Shown here: one piece after another, positions 50,235-59,955 of the stretch
Layout: every line of letters begins with the position of its first letter
How positions within the stretch are numbered: position 1 is the first letter of the stretch
Assembly: GCA_002104905.1 (NCBI GenBank)
Contig: MCFE01000546.1
Coordinates: forward strand, 1-59,955
Length of the DNA: 59,955 bases
Source of the DNA: Basidiobolus meristosporus CBS 931.73
Lineage: Eukaryota; Fungi; Basidiobolomycota
Direction of reading: 5' to 3'
Translations under genes and position numbers: made by a program
The notes under the pieces: generated by a model
Told to the model about the DNA's origin: nothing
Databases searched by the model: none
Seen by the model: the letters and a program-made list of their open reading frames with translations, nothing else

Positions 50235-50695
50235 TTATTTTGGTCCAGACCATGCTTGTGAGCAGGGAGATAGTTTTTTGCTGGGTTGAACTAAAGATGA
50301 GTTGAGACTTGTATAGGAATCATAGTGACTGGAATACTTAGGCAGCAATATATAGGCATCAACCTTGTCATATATGAAAACAATGTGGTTGTTGAATTTT
50401 CTGTATGTTCTGCATAAAACATCTTGGATTGCATTGACATAGATCAAATCACATCAATTGCAGATGTCCTATTTGATTATAGAGTTGTGAGTTCATCACC
50501 AATAAAATTATCAAGTCATTGATTGCAGATGATTTTTGCAACATAATGTTGGATACATAGCAATTGATAGATATTTGATTTTAATGAATGGAAAATTATA
50601 TACATTAAGCTGATTGCTCCAAATCAATTCATATACATGTATTTGATCTTGTACCAATTTTGATATGACTTACTCATCAGAATAGTTTTTTCTAT
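50235..50695 (-). mobile_element. Decayed fragment of element P (divergent intergenic region plus both start codons)
   Basis: Reverse complement of about 5225-5690, with CpGs converted (e.g. TTGCGGATG to TTGCAGATG). Confidence 0.85.
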
Positions 50696-51049
50696 GTAGT
50701 ACCCACTATTTGCCCAAGAGTTTGCTGCAGAGTCCTACCAAAAGTCCCTCAGTGTACTCCCTATGATTCCCCCACACATCCTCCCTCCTATTCCTGCCCT
50801 TATTTAGTTAGAGCACTTACCATAATAGTAAGTTGCTCACATGCCTATTTTATAACACATTATCTATTATCTAAGCCCTCCAGGTGACATATATATATCC
50901 AATTGAACCAAGTGAGAGAACAACAAGATTTGGACAGAATAAACACAAGTCTTTATTACCCTGCTACCTCCTATTGGAAGCTATTCTGAGCCAAGTGGTA
51001 CTGACTTGACCTACAAGCTCTCCCACTCACCAAGAACAGTCAGTAATAA

Positions 51050-52610
51050 CCCACATATTTGGTGTTGTCTCTGCAGAAATAAGCATAAGTGAGGTAATGA
51101 CAACTACAATCCAACTAAAAACATACAAGGGAAAGAGAGAGAAAGCCCTTGAGTGGTTCAATAAGTTTGATAGAGTTGCGGTTGATACAGGATGGGACAA
51201 TGTTAAGAAAGTAAGGGAGTTTGCAAAATATATGGATGGGTCAGTATGGCCATGACATTATTGGTTGGAAGTTGCAGTTAAAGACAACTGGGATGCACTA
51301 GAAGAAGCCTACAAGATGAGCTAGAGAGGAGGCAAAGGAACCTGTAGTAGAGGTTCTGTCAAAGGAAAGAATGTGGAATTAGGTGAAGAAGTACGGAATG
51401 AGCCTTGTGAAGAAGTGTTGATGCAAACAAAGAATGTTAGTATATCTTCCCATGGCCTATTCCCCATAATGAAGGCTCTAGAGCAAACCAAGGTAAACCT
51501 CCCAATAACCATTTACTGGGATGTGCCCCAGCTCTAGTCAAGGAACTGATAGAGGGATTGAAGTGTTAACAACCATTTATGTCAACCAGACAGTCCTACA
51601 AGAACCAAATAAGGGTCTATGTGTAAAGGTATGTATAGAGAATAAGAAGATTCTTGCCCTTATCATCACAGGATCCTCTGTGTTGATCATGTCAGAGTCA
51701 TTAGCAAATATCTAAAGTTAGATATAGTCCCCAATGACACCATATGGGTATGGCTAGCAAATGACTAAATGGACACAACAGTAGGTGAGGTGCCAAATTG
51801 CCCCATTTGGCTAGGCAACTTGATTATACACCAAGATGTTGTGGTTCTACCCATAGCAGCTAATGAATTACTCATTGGCAAGAGTTGGTTTATCCAACAT
51901 ACAATTGACATACTCTACAGTGCATCTGAGCTCAGGTGGGATACCAAGAGTATCCTACTGACTCATATCACCAATGAGAGCAAGGAATGTAGCAACAGTG
52001 TGATTACCAAAGTGGTGAAACCATTGCAGTCTCTGATTATCACACAAAAGGTGATCAAGATACCACTAACCAGTGAGATGGTGATCTCATTAGAGACACT
52101 AATAGCTTATTCAACAGGTGGAAGAATGATAATTGCAACAAAGGTATTCAAGCAACTGGAAGGAATCTTGATCCCTAAAGTATGGATACTGCCAAGATTT
52201 GAACCACAAAGTCTGAAGTGCGTAGTGTTTAACAACAGGCAACACATGGTAACATTGCCTAGAGGAGTGCCATTGTTTAACCTAGAGGAAGTTGATGGAA
52301 ACAACCTAGGACCACCTACAAACAAGGAACCAGAAGAAGAACTCCCCATACTAGAGGTGGACCCCAGTCTACCACCTGAGTTACAAGACAAGCTCCTAGA
52401 AGGAATATGCCTGCCTTCCTAAGTATTCTCTAAGAACCAAGTAATTGGTCATATAACTGTGGTATATCACCAAATCCACCTTGCCAACAAATACCCCAGC
52501 AAGCAAAAAGCCTATAGGAACTTGAAAGTTGACACAGACTATATCAAAGAGACAATTGAAACTTTATTAAAAGACAAAATCATTACAGAGAGTCATTCTC
52601 CATGGGCCAC
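51050..52610 (+). pseudogene. Decayed Gypsy element of a further family (gag, PR, RT start)
   Basis: gag-like WFNKFDRVA..GW; degenerate protease LALIITGSSVLIMS; RT start HQIHL..PSKQKAYR..IETLLKDKIITESHSPWA. Confidence 0.75.
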
Positions 52611-53135
52611 ATGGGGATCTGCCAGAAACTATATATATGGAGCAAACATAAGGTCTTACCAACCTAAAAGGCTCGTACATGGTGTGAAGACTTAAAAATC
52701 TGTTGTATGGGCTTAAGCAGGAACCTGCAGCATAGTATAACAAGATTTACACATGTCTACAAAAGATTAGGCTCCTTCAAAGCACTGCAAATAGCAGTTT
52801 ATGTGTGAAATAGATTAAAGATGGAATGATTATGCTGGTACTTTATGGGGACAGCCAAACAATTGCCACAAGTCACAGGGAGCCACTTCAACAGACAAAA
52901 TTAGATCTTTTCCGCACATTGATCTCAGAAATTTGAGCTTTTGTTTGAGTTAAGGTTAGATTTAACATGCCCACACAGAGAGCTGTACTACATCAGCTTG
53001 AGTATATCAGTAAAATCTTAGATGCTTCAAAATGGAGAATTGCCAGCCTGCACCAACCCCTATAGACAATAATTCAAGGATGAGCAAATATCAGCCAATT
53101 TTGGGAGAAAACAGCTCAAATGTGGACCATGATTT
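52610..53135 (+). pseudogene. Decayed Copia RT fragment
   Basis: LKNLLYGLKQ, MLVLYGDS and NCQPAPTP remnants. Confidence 0.7.
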
Positions 53136-53540
53136 TGTTGAAATATTGGACTATTTGGTAGCATTCAGCAGCTAAAAATTTACTTAACAATTCTAGACTA
53201 GTCTTAGTCACTGTAGGACTCATTTACTGCCTTAACTTTGCCACTTTCTCCAGATATATGATCTTATGATTATTTCCCTATAGTCAGGATCAAATTAGCA
53301 CTATTACCAAACAATAAGTACTAACCCTGAAACTGTTACAGAATGCTCCTGAATATTGTGAAACCCTCCCTACTTGGTGTTACAGCTGTATTACTTCTAC
53401 AAAGGTATAAATACTGAGCTTCTTTATGAATAAACAACAGTTCAACTGTTATCACTATTTCTTGATAAGTTTCTTATATCCAAATCACTTCTTAAATTGC
53501 AACAGGTGATGAGCTCCGATTGCCTTAATCTATTCTAAAG

Positions 53541-54716
53541 ATGACTTCTACCAGCAAACAAAGCAATACCAACATCTTCCCTGTAAAGGAGAGGTTTGAT
53601 GGGAAGAACTACAGACTTTGGAGTATCAGGATGCAGATCCACCTTGAGGAAAGAAAGCTTTGGAACATAGTCACAAGAAAGGAATTTGAGCCCAAAGGAA
53701 CAGCAGAAGATGTGGAGATGTTTCAAGAGAAGAAGAGAAAGGCCTTCAATGCCATATGCATCAATGTGCAAGACTCCTTCATTGGACAAATCCATGCCTC
53801 AAATACTGCCAAAGCAGCATGGGAATCCTTAGAGAAGATCTTTAGCGCAAAGTCAGTATCAAGCAAGCTTTATTTGAAATGGAAGCTCTTCAACATGGGG
53901 AAGAAGCCAGATGATGACATGCTACAACTCATTACCAGAATGGAGACACTTGCAGAAGAACTTTACAGTATTAATGCTGGTGTAGATGATGAAGAAAAGA
54001 TACTCTGTCTGCTTTGCAGCCTACTAGATGAGTATGAGCCACTCATACTTTCTTTTGAAAGCAGAGAAGACAACTTGACTTTAGACCATGCCAAAGGAAG
54101 ACTTCTCCATGAAGAACTCAGATGTAATGATCAAGCAGAGAAAATTGAAGATAATGCTTTATTCAGTTCAGAAAGGCACACAGAAAAGAAGGGAAAGCAA
54201 CAAAACCAAAGAAAACCTGGCTGCTGTAACTACTGTAAAAAGCCAGGACACTGGGCAAGAGAATGCAAGAAGAAACAAGCAGACAAAAAACAGAAACTAG
54301 TGCAGGCAAACCATATAACTACTGATGAACAGTTATTTGTAATTGTACAAGAGAGTGCAAGTAACCAAAGTAATGAATGGTATATTGACTCTGGAGCATC
54401 ACAGCATATTTGTGGTATAAAGGATTGGTTCAGCAACTTAAGGACTATTCATGTAAGAAAGGTTTATCTGGGAGATTACTCTGCATTGGAAGTTACCGCC
54501 AGTGGGTCTATACAACTAAATATGAGTGATAACTCAGGGGCAACAACAGCAAAACTGACTGATGTACTCTATGTACCTGGAATAGCTAAGAACCTACTCT
54601 CAGTCAGTAAAGCAACTACTCAGGGACTGAAATTTGTTTTTACTAAGCTGTGCTGCTCAATATTGAGTGAAAATGGACCAAAATTAGCTTTGGGAATTAG
54701 AGATCACAATATATAG
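53541..54716 (+). CDS. gag: Copia Gag-protease (premature TAG)
   Basis: CCHC knuckle, WYIDSGASQH, VLYVPGIAKNLLSVS. Confidence 0.92.
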   Translation: MTSTSKQSNTNIFPVKERFDGKNYRLWSIRMQIHLEERKLWNIVTRKEFEPKGTAEDVEMFQEKKRKAFNAICINVQDSFIGQIHASNTAKAAWESLEKIFSAKSVSSKLYLKWKLFNMGKKPDDDMLQLITRMETLAEELYSINAGVDDEEKILCLLCSLLDEYEPLILSFESREDNLTLDHAKGRLLHEELRCNDQAEKIEDNALFSSERHTEKKGKQQNQRKPGCCNYCKKPGHWARECKKKQADKKQKLVQANHITTDEQLFVIVQESASNQSNEWYIDSGASQHICGIKDWFSNLRTIHVRKVYLGDYSALEVTASGSIQLNMSDNSGATTAKLTDVLYVPGIAKNLLSVSKATTQGLKFVFTKLCCSILSENGPKLALGIRDHNI

Positions 54717-55104
54717 AAGTTACAATGCAAGATCATTGTACCTGAGTATGTCAACATTGCTGAAACTGATGAAACCAACTGGGAGACATGGCATAGGAGG
54801 CTAGGACACATTGGGGAACAGGAAATGAGCCAATTGGTGAAAAATCAGCTTGTTTTGGGCCTAAAATACTCAATTCTGATCAAACTGAATGTTTGTAAGG
54901 GATGTTCATATGGCAAACAAGCTAGGCAATGTTTCAAGAGCTCAGAAGGCATCAATACCACTGAAATATTGGCTATTGTACACTCAGACATATGTGGCCC
55001 CATGAGAACACTGTCCTTTGGAGCAAAGAGATACTTTATGATGTTTATTGATGACAAGACAAGATATACATGGGTGTACTTCCTCAAAACAAAGGATGAA
55101 GCGT

Positions 55105-55908
55105 TGTGGTGGTGTAGAGGTACTCCTGGGAGATGCTACACAACTCAAGGTTTGTGAGGTGTCTGATGGGTGCAATAACCTCTGTGTCTAAACTGCTGGT
55201 GTCTTTGTCAATATGTCACTATGGTAAAAGCTCCTGCTTCTCTAGCTTCCTAGGTGCTCCAAGTGTCTCCAAAGGCCTCTGTGTGTCTTGTGCACTACCT
55301 TGAAAAGCTCCTTGATGGCAGGTCTGAGATGTACTGTGGAAGGCAGGTGCAGTGATCAACTGCTAATCAATAAGGTAGAAGTGTTACTGATAGAAGGGAT
55401 GATTTATTGATGAGGGATTGCTTTCCCTTAAATACTTTTCCTGATTGCCAAGTGATTACTAATGACAAGGTTCTAGAAGATTCTAGGTATCAGTGGAATT
55501 CTTGATGACATCACTATGAGCTAAAAATATGCCAAGAATGTCCTGGAAGGTTCTAAAAGGCACAGCACTCTCAACCAATCAGGAATCAGTAGTCTGAAAC
55601 CTGTGCAACATAGAAGTACCATATATGGTATTGAAATGGTAGAGATGGTAACACAGACCTAGGTCATGTGTCACGGGTACTGACGCGGGTACTTGCCTTA
55701 TATAGATACATCTACTGATCACAAAGCTGAATAACATCTGGGATAACTAATGCTAATAACTAATCAGGGTAAACATCATATGAGGATAATACTGATAATA
55801 TGGGCAAAAGAAGAATGGGATAATACTGATAAGATAAAATATGGATAAGTATATCATAATGACTATATGAATAAACTTGTCTGTGGGAGGTATGTTTACC
55901 CTACCACA
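55105..55908 (-). repeat. 3' LTR of family C
   Basis: Adjacent to the reverse-complement PPT TCCACCCCCCAC. Confidence 0.95.
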
Positions 55909-55986
55909 TCCACCCCCCACTTGAGCTAAAAAGTTCCCTGAAACTTTTTAGCTAACCACTGTAAGTTTGGAGAACAAAGTGCTCTC

Positions 55987-57843
55987 TCAGTCTTCCTCAA
56001 TGAAGCCACCTGTCCTTTCTTGAGATAGAAATCTACATGATGTCATTGATCGGATATTGTTTGAGTCCACACCACAGAAGGTGGCTGTTAGTCCTGGGCT
56101 CTCTGAGTATATAGTATACCATGCTGAACCATCTGGGTAGTTCACTGCAGTTGCTCTTGCTTTTACTTCCCATGGTCTTCCAAGAAGTAATTCAAAGTTA
56201 GCCTTTGCACAAATGAATACTGGGATCTCATGGGGTATTCCTTCAATGATGAGAGGGAAGCTGTGAATAATTCCTAAAAGCTTTGATTGCCCTGAGTTGG
56301 CATCCTTCATGCTCCAATTGATATTGGTGTCTATGGGCAATAGGTCTTTGCATGGTAGTTGTTTCCAAGCCTCCAAAGGCATCACACATATCTCAGATCC
56401 ACTGTCTATATGACATAGGATTTCTTGATTATGCACAGTTCCTGTAGCTGTTGCAGTTGCCACTGAGTAGTAGTGTTTCTGGCTTTGATGCAGCTTACTG
56501 ATATCTTGGCTTCCTTGAGCTGTCCTGACCTGGTTGCCTTGAGTTGCTTCAATTGGATGCTTTCTTATTCTGATATGCTCATCCAGAGTCTTTCTTACAG
56601 ATGGTGATACACTGAGTAGCTCTCCAACCTTGATTGATATGTTGCTTCCTAGTATATGACTGGTCAGAGCCTCTGGGGTACCATTTTGCTTGACTCTAGG
56701 CTGCATGTGGTAGTTGTTGGCCTTGGCAGACTCTTGTAAAATTAATAGGGGTGATGCTTTCTTCTCAATCACAACTTCTGGCTCACATCTTGGTACTTTT
56801 GTTGCTGGGCCTGGATTAGCCATTTTTTCAGGATGGTGTCTCTTTGAAGCATAAATTGAAGCTATATGATCTTGGGCCTCTCTGGGGTCCTCATAGTCAA
56901 AGTTCAGAACTTCAGCTGGATTGAAGTAGTCAGGATCTTCTTCTTCATGGAGGTGAACCTTTCTTGTTTGAGAGGTGACTTGCTTGTAGTGAACTCTCAT
57001 TCCTCCTTGTCCAAATGCTGTGGATAATTTGTCACCATGCTTACTGACTATGTATCCCTGAGGACTATATAGGACATCACCTGTGGATAGTAATGACTGA
57101 AGCTCTTGGCAATTTCTCTTGGAATGGTTGGCAGAGTCACACCACATGCATGTATATTTGACTTCTTTCTCTACTGGCTTCTGACCATATGCTTTGCTGG
57201 CAAGTAGCAAAGAGAGTTTCTCTAGTTGCTGTGTCAGCTCCTGAATTTGAGTGCTTTGATTGCTGGGATCAAGTATGTCTTGGCTATCTTGGTTTTGTTC
57301 TGGGCTTGAAAGAAGCTTTCTGATTGGTGAGGTTTCTTCAGGGGCAAGTAGAATCTGCTTAGCTAACTGAAATGCAGGCAGTGAACTCATAGCTTTCACA
57401 GTAGGATTGTTTTCAATCCTTCTCACCAGGCCTTCTGGTAGTGCTCTGAGCAGATAGGCAGATAAAGTCAGATCAGTGATAATGCCTTGGGCTTTCAGTG
57501 ACTCTCCAATTTGCTCAAGGCCACTCAAGTATTCTTTCAATGGTAGCTGCTTAAACTTGCTATAAGCAAAGTTCTCCAAGTCTTGAAGTGTGTAGTCAAC
57601 TTGTCTCTCTCCATATTCATCAATCAAGTAGCTCTTCAAGAGGGTCCAATTTGTCAGCAGATCATTTCTTTCATATAATGAGAGCATAATCTCATCAGTG
57701 CTGTAGGGGGGCATCTCTTCAGCCATAATGGCCTCAGGTATTTTGTGGGCTCTGCAGAAAAGCTCCCACCTCTTGATGAAAGCTTTAACTTTGGTTCCAT
57801 CAAAGAAAGGAGTTCCTTGCATTCCTGGTAAAGGTAGATCCAT
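55987..57843 (-). CDS. gag: Intact Gag-aspartic protease polyprotein (618 aa), no RT/RH/IN
   Basis: N-terminal PFFDG..V..F..RWE gag motif, CCHC-like CMWCDSANHSKRNC, DUF4100-like ISIKVGELLSVSPSVRKTL, protease CHIDSGSEICVM..LLLGRPW. Confidence 0.9.
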   Translation of the reverse strand: MDLPLPGMQGTPFFDGTKVKAFIKRWELFCRAHKIPEAIMAEEMPPYSTDEIMLSLYERNDLLTNWTLLKSYLIDEYGERQVDYTLQDLENFAYSKFKQLPLKEYLSGLEQIGESLKAQGIITDLTLSAYLLRALPEGLVRRIENNPTVKAMSSLPAFQLAKQILLAPEETSPIRKLLSSPEQNQDSQDILDPSNQSTQIQELTQQLEKLSLLLASKAYGQKPVEKEVKYTCMWCDSANHSKRNCQELQSLLSTGDVLYSPQGYIVSKHGDKLSTAFGQGGMRVHYKQVTSQTRKVHLHEEEDPDYFNPAEVLNFDYEDPREAQDHIASIYASKRHHPEKMANPGPATKVPRCEPEVVIEKKASPLLILQESAKANNYHMQPRVKQNGTPEALTSHILGSNISIKVGELLSVSPSVRKTLDEHIRIRKHPIEATQGNQVRTAQGSQDISKLHQSQKHYYSVATATATGTVHNQEILCHIDSGSEICVMPLEAWKQLPCKDLLPIDTNINWSMKDANSGQSKLLGIIHSFPLIIEGIPHEIPVFICAKANFELLLGRPWEVKARATAVNYPDGSAWYTIYSESPGLTATFCGVDSNNIRSMTSCRFLSQERTGGFIEED

Positions 57844-57895
57844 GGTCTTGATAATTTGTTCTTTCTTAAGTCTTCTAGGGGCAGTTCAGTCAAAC

Positions 57896-57913
57896 CCCCC
57901 ACGTTGGGTGCCA
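57896..57913 (-). promoter_or_regulatory. PBS of family C (tRNA-Lys-like)
   Basis: TGGCACCCAACGTGGGGG resembles the canonical Lys1,2 PBS TGGCGCCCAACGTGGGGC; 4-nt spacer after the LTR. Confidence 0.8.
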
Positions 57914-57917
57914 AATA

Positions 57918-58721
57918 TGTGGTGGTGTAGAGGTACTCCTGGGAGAAGCTACACAACTCAAGGTGTGTGAGGTGTCTGATGGGTGCAATAACCTCTGTGT
58001 CTAAACTGCTGGTGTCTTTGTCAATATGTCACTATGGTAAAAGCTCCTGCTTCTCTAGCTTCCTAGGTGCTCCAAGTGTCTCCAAAGGCCTCTGTGTGTC
58101 TTGTGCACTACCTTGAAAAGCTCCTTGATGGCAGGTCTGAGATGTACTGTGGAAGGCAGGTGCAGTGATCAACTGCTAATCAATAAGGTAGAAGTGTTAC
58201 TGATAGAAGGGATGATTTATTGATGAGGGATTGCTTTCCCTTAAATACTTTTCCTGATTGCCAAGTGATTACTAATGACAAGGTTCTAGAAGATTCTAGG
58301 TATCAGTGGAATTCTTGATGACATCACTATGAGCTAAAAATATGCCAAGAATGTCCTGGAAGGTTCTAAAAGGCACAGCACTCTCAACCAATCAGGAATC
58401 AGTAGTCTGAAACCTGTGCAACATAGAAGTACCATATATGGTATTGAAATGGTAGAGATGGTAACACAGACCTAGGTCATGTGTCTCGGGTACTGACGCG
58501 GGTACTTGCCTTATATAGATACATCTACTGATCACAAAGCTGAATAACATCTGGGATAACTAATGCTAATAACTAATCAGGGTAAACATCATATGAGGAT
58601 AATACTGATAATATGGGCAAAAGAAGAATGGGATAATACTGATAAGATAAAATATGGATAAGTATATCATAATGACTATATGAATAAACTTGTCTGTGGG
58701 AGGTATGTTTACCCTACCACA
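57918..58721 (-). repeat. 5' LTR of family C
   Basis: Direct repeat of 55105-55908. Confidence 0.95.
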
Positions 58722-58841
58722 GCGTTGGAGACATTTAAGCACTTCAAGAACATGGCAGAAACACAAACTGGGTGTAAATTGAAGGTACTTTGAAGTGACA
58801 ATTGAGCAGAATACTGCTCAAAGGAGTTTGCAAAATACTGC

Positions 58842-59729
58842 TTGACTACTGGTATACTTCAACAGACCACAGTTCCTCATACTCCACAGCAAAATGGAGT
58901 AACAGAACGTTCAAATAGAGCAATAGTAGAGATGGGAAGATCTATGCTACATGATAAGGGAATGGACTACAAGTTTTGGGCTGAATCTGTTGCTACCGCT
59001 GTATACATCAAGAACAGATGCCCAACAACAGCACTATGTGATTCTAAGCCCTTTGAAGCATATACAGGCAAAAAACCAGATCTCCAGCATCTCAAGATCT
59101 TTGGCAGTGATGTTTTTTATCACATCCCTGACAAAAAATGCTCAAAGTTGGAACCAAAGAGTAGGAAAGGGATCTTTCTTGTGTATTGTGAAGATACTAA
59201 AGGGTATAGAGTGTATGATGGCAAAATTCAGAAGCTGATCAAGAGCAGGTACATTGTATTTGAGGAGAATTCAGATCAGAAATCCACAGAAACCATTGGT
59301 CAGCTGCCTGATGATGCAATCAACACTAATGAAGAAGATACATACCAAATCCAGCCAGATATGGAAGATACTTCTACCAGTTCCAGATCAGTACAGATTA
59401 TCCCAGTTAGGAGATCTACCAGAATAAGAAATGCCCCTGGATCCTGGTGGCAGACATCCAATGATCATGAAGAAGCTTATCTTGCCTTATGTGCTGAACC
59501 TCAGAATCTGGAACAGGCAATGCAAAGTCCAGATGCTACTAAGTGGCAACAAGCCATGCAGGGGGAGTACCAATCACTGATCAAGGCAAAAACGTGGGAA
59601 CTGGTAGATATACCAAATGGGAGAAAGCCAATAGGATGTAGATGGGTCTATAAGACCAAGATAACCTCAAATGGTGCCGTTGATAAGTACAAGGCTAGAT
59701 TGGTAGCTAAAGGCTATTCCCTGATCTAG
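58842..59729 (+). pseudogene. pol: Copia family-B integrase core and RT start (stops on both sides)
   Basis: PQQNGVTERSNR, KYKARLVAKGY; near-identical to the reverse complement of 38930-39820. Confidence 0.92.
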
Positions 59730-59955
59730 GGACTAGACTTTAAGGAAACATTTGCGTTGGTTGCCAAGTTTAACTCTATTAGGACAGTTCTAGCCCTGGC
59801 AGCTGTACACAGTCTAGATTTACACCAAATGGACATCAAAACAGCCTTTTTAAATGGGGATTTGCAAGAAACTATATATATGGAGCAACCAGAGGGTTTT
59901 ACCAATCCAAAAGGCCCCCATAAGGTGTGCAAACTTAGAAAATTGTTGTATGGGC

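Larger units (their letters stand above)
55105..58721 (-). mobile_element. Gypsy-type LTR element, family C, encoding only Gag-protease
   Basis: 804-bp LTRs (55105-55908, 57918-58721; about 3 differences). 4-bp TSD GCGT. PBS TGGCACCCAACGTGGGGG. PPT GTGGGGGGTGGA. Single 618-aa ORF. Confidence 0.95.
53136..59955 (+). mobile_element. Copia family-B element (5' LTR 53136-53504), interrupted by element C, runs off the window end
   Basis: LTR, degenerate PBS GGTGATGAGCTC, gag-PR-IN-RT order; joining across the GCGT TSD restores DEALETF. Confidence 0.93.

Overview
This is a eukaryotic nested-transposon region, probably fungal (inferred from the GGGCUCAUAACC-type iMet half-tRNA PBS and a DUF4100-like Gypsy Gag). 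It is AT-rich and strongly CpG-depleted. I recognise no host gene, rRNA, tRNA or CRISPR array. Six elements can be delimited by their ends and target-site duplications (TSD): (A) a 3.3-kb non-coding LTR element with identical LTRs (33-3351); (P) a PHIS/Harbinger-like DDE transposon with an ATT TSD, an intact transposase and a divergent, broken second ORF (4184-7596); (G) a Gypsy element (23903-29578); (F) a 735-bp foldback derivative of P inserted in G (25300-26034); (B) a Copia with an in-frame deletion of the protease region (37218-41395); and (C) a young Gypsy-type element encoding only Gag plus protease (55105-58721), inserted in another B copy. Between them lie solo LTRs, decayed Copia/Gypsy/CACTA remnants and four copies of an unrecognised repeated gene ('family X'). 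Coordinates of decayed remnants are approximate, and all identities were estimated by eye.
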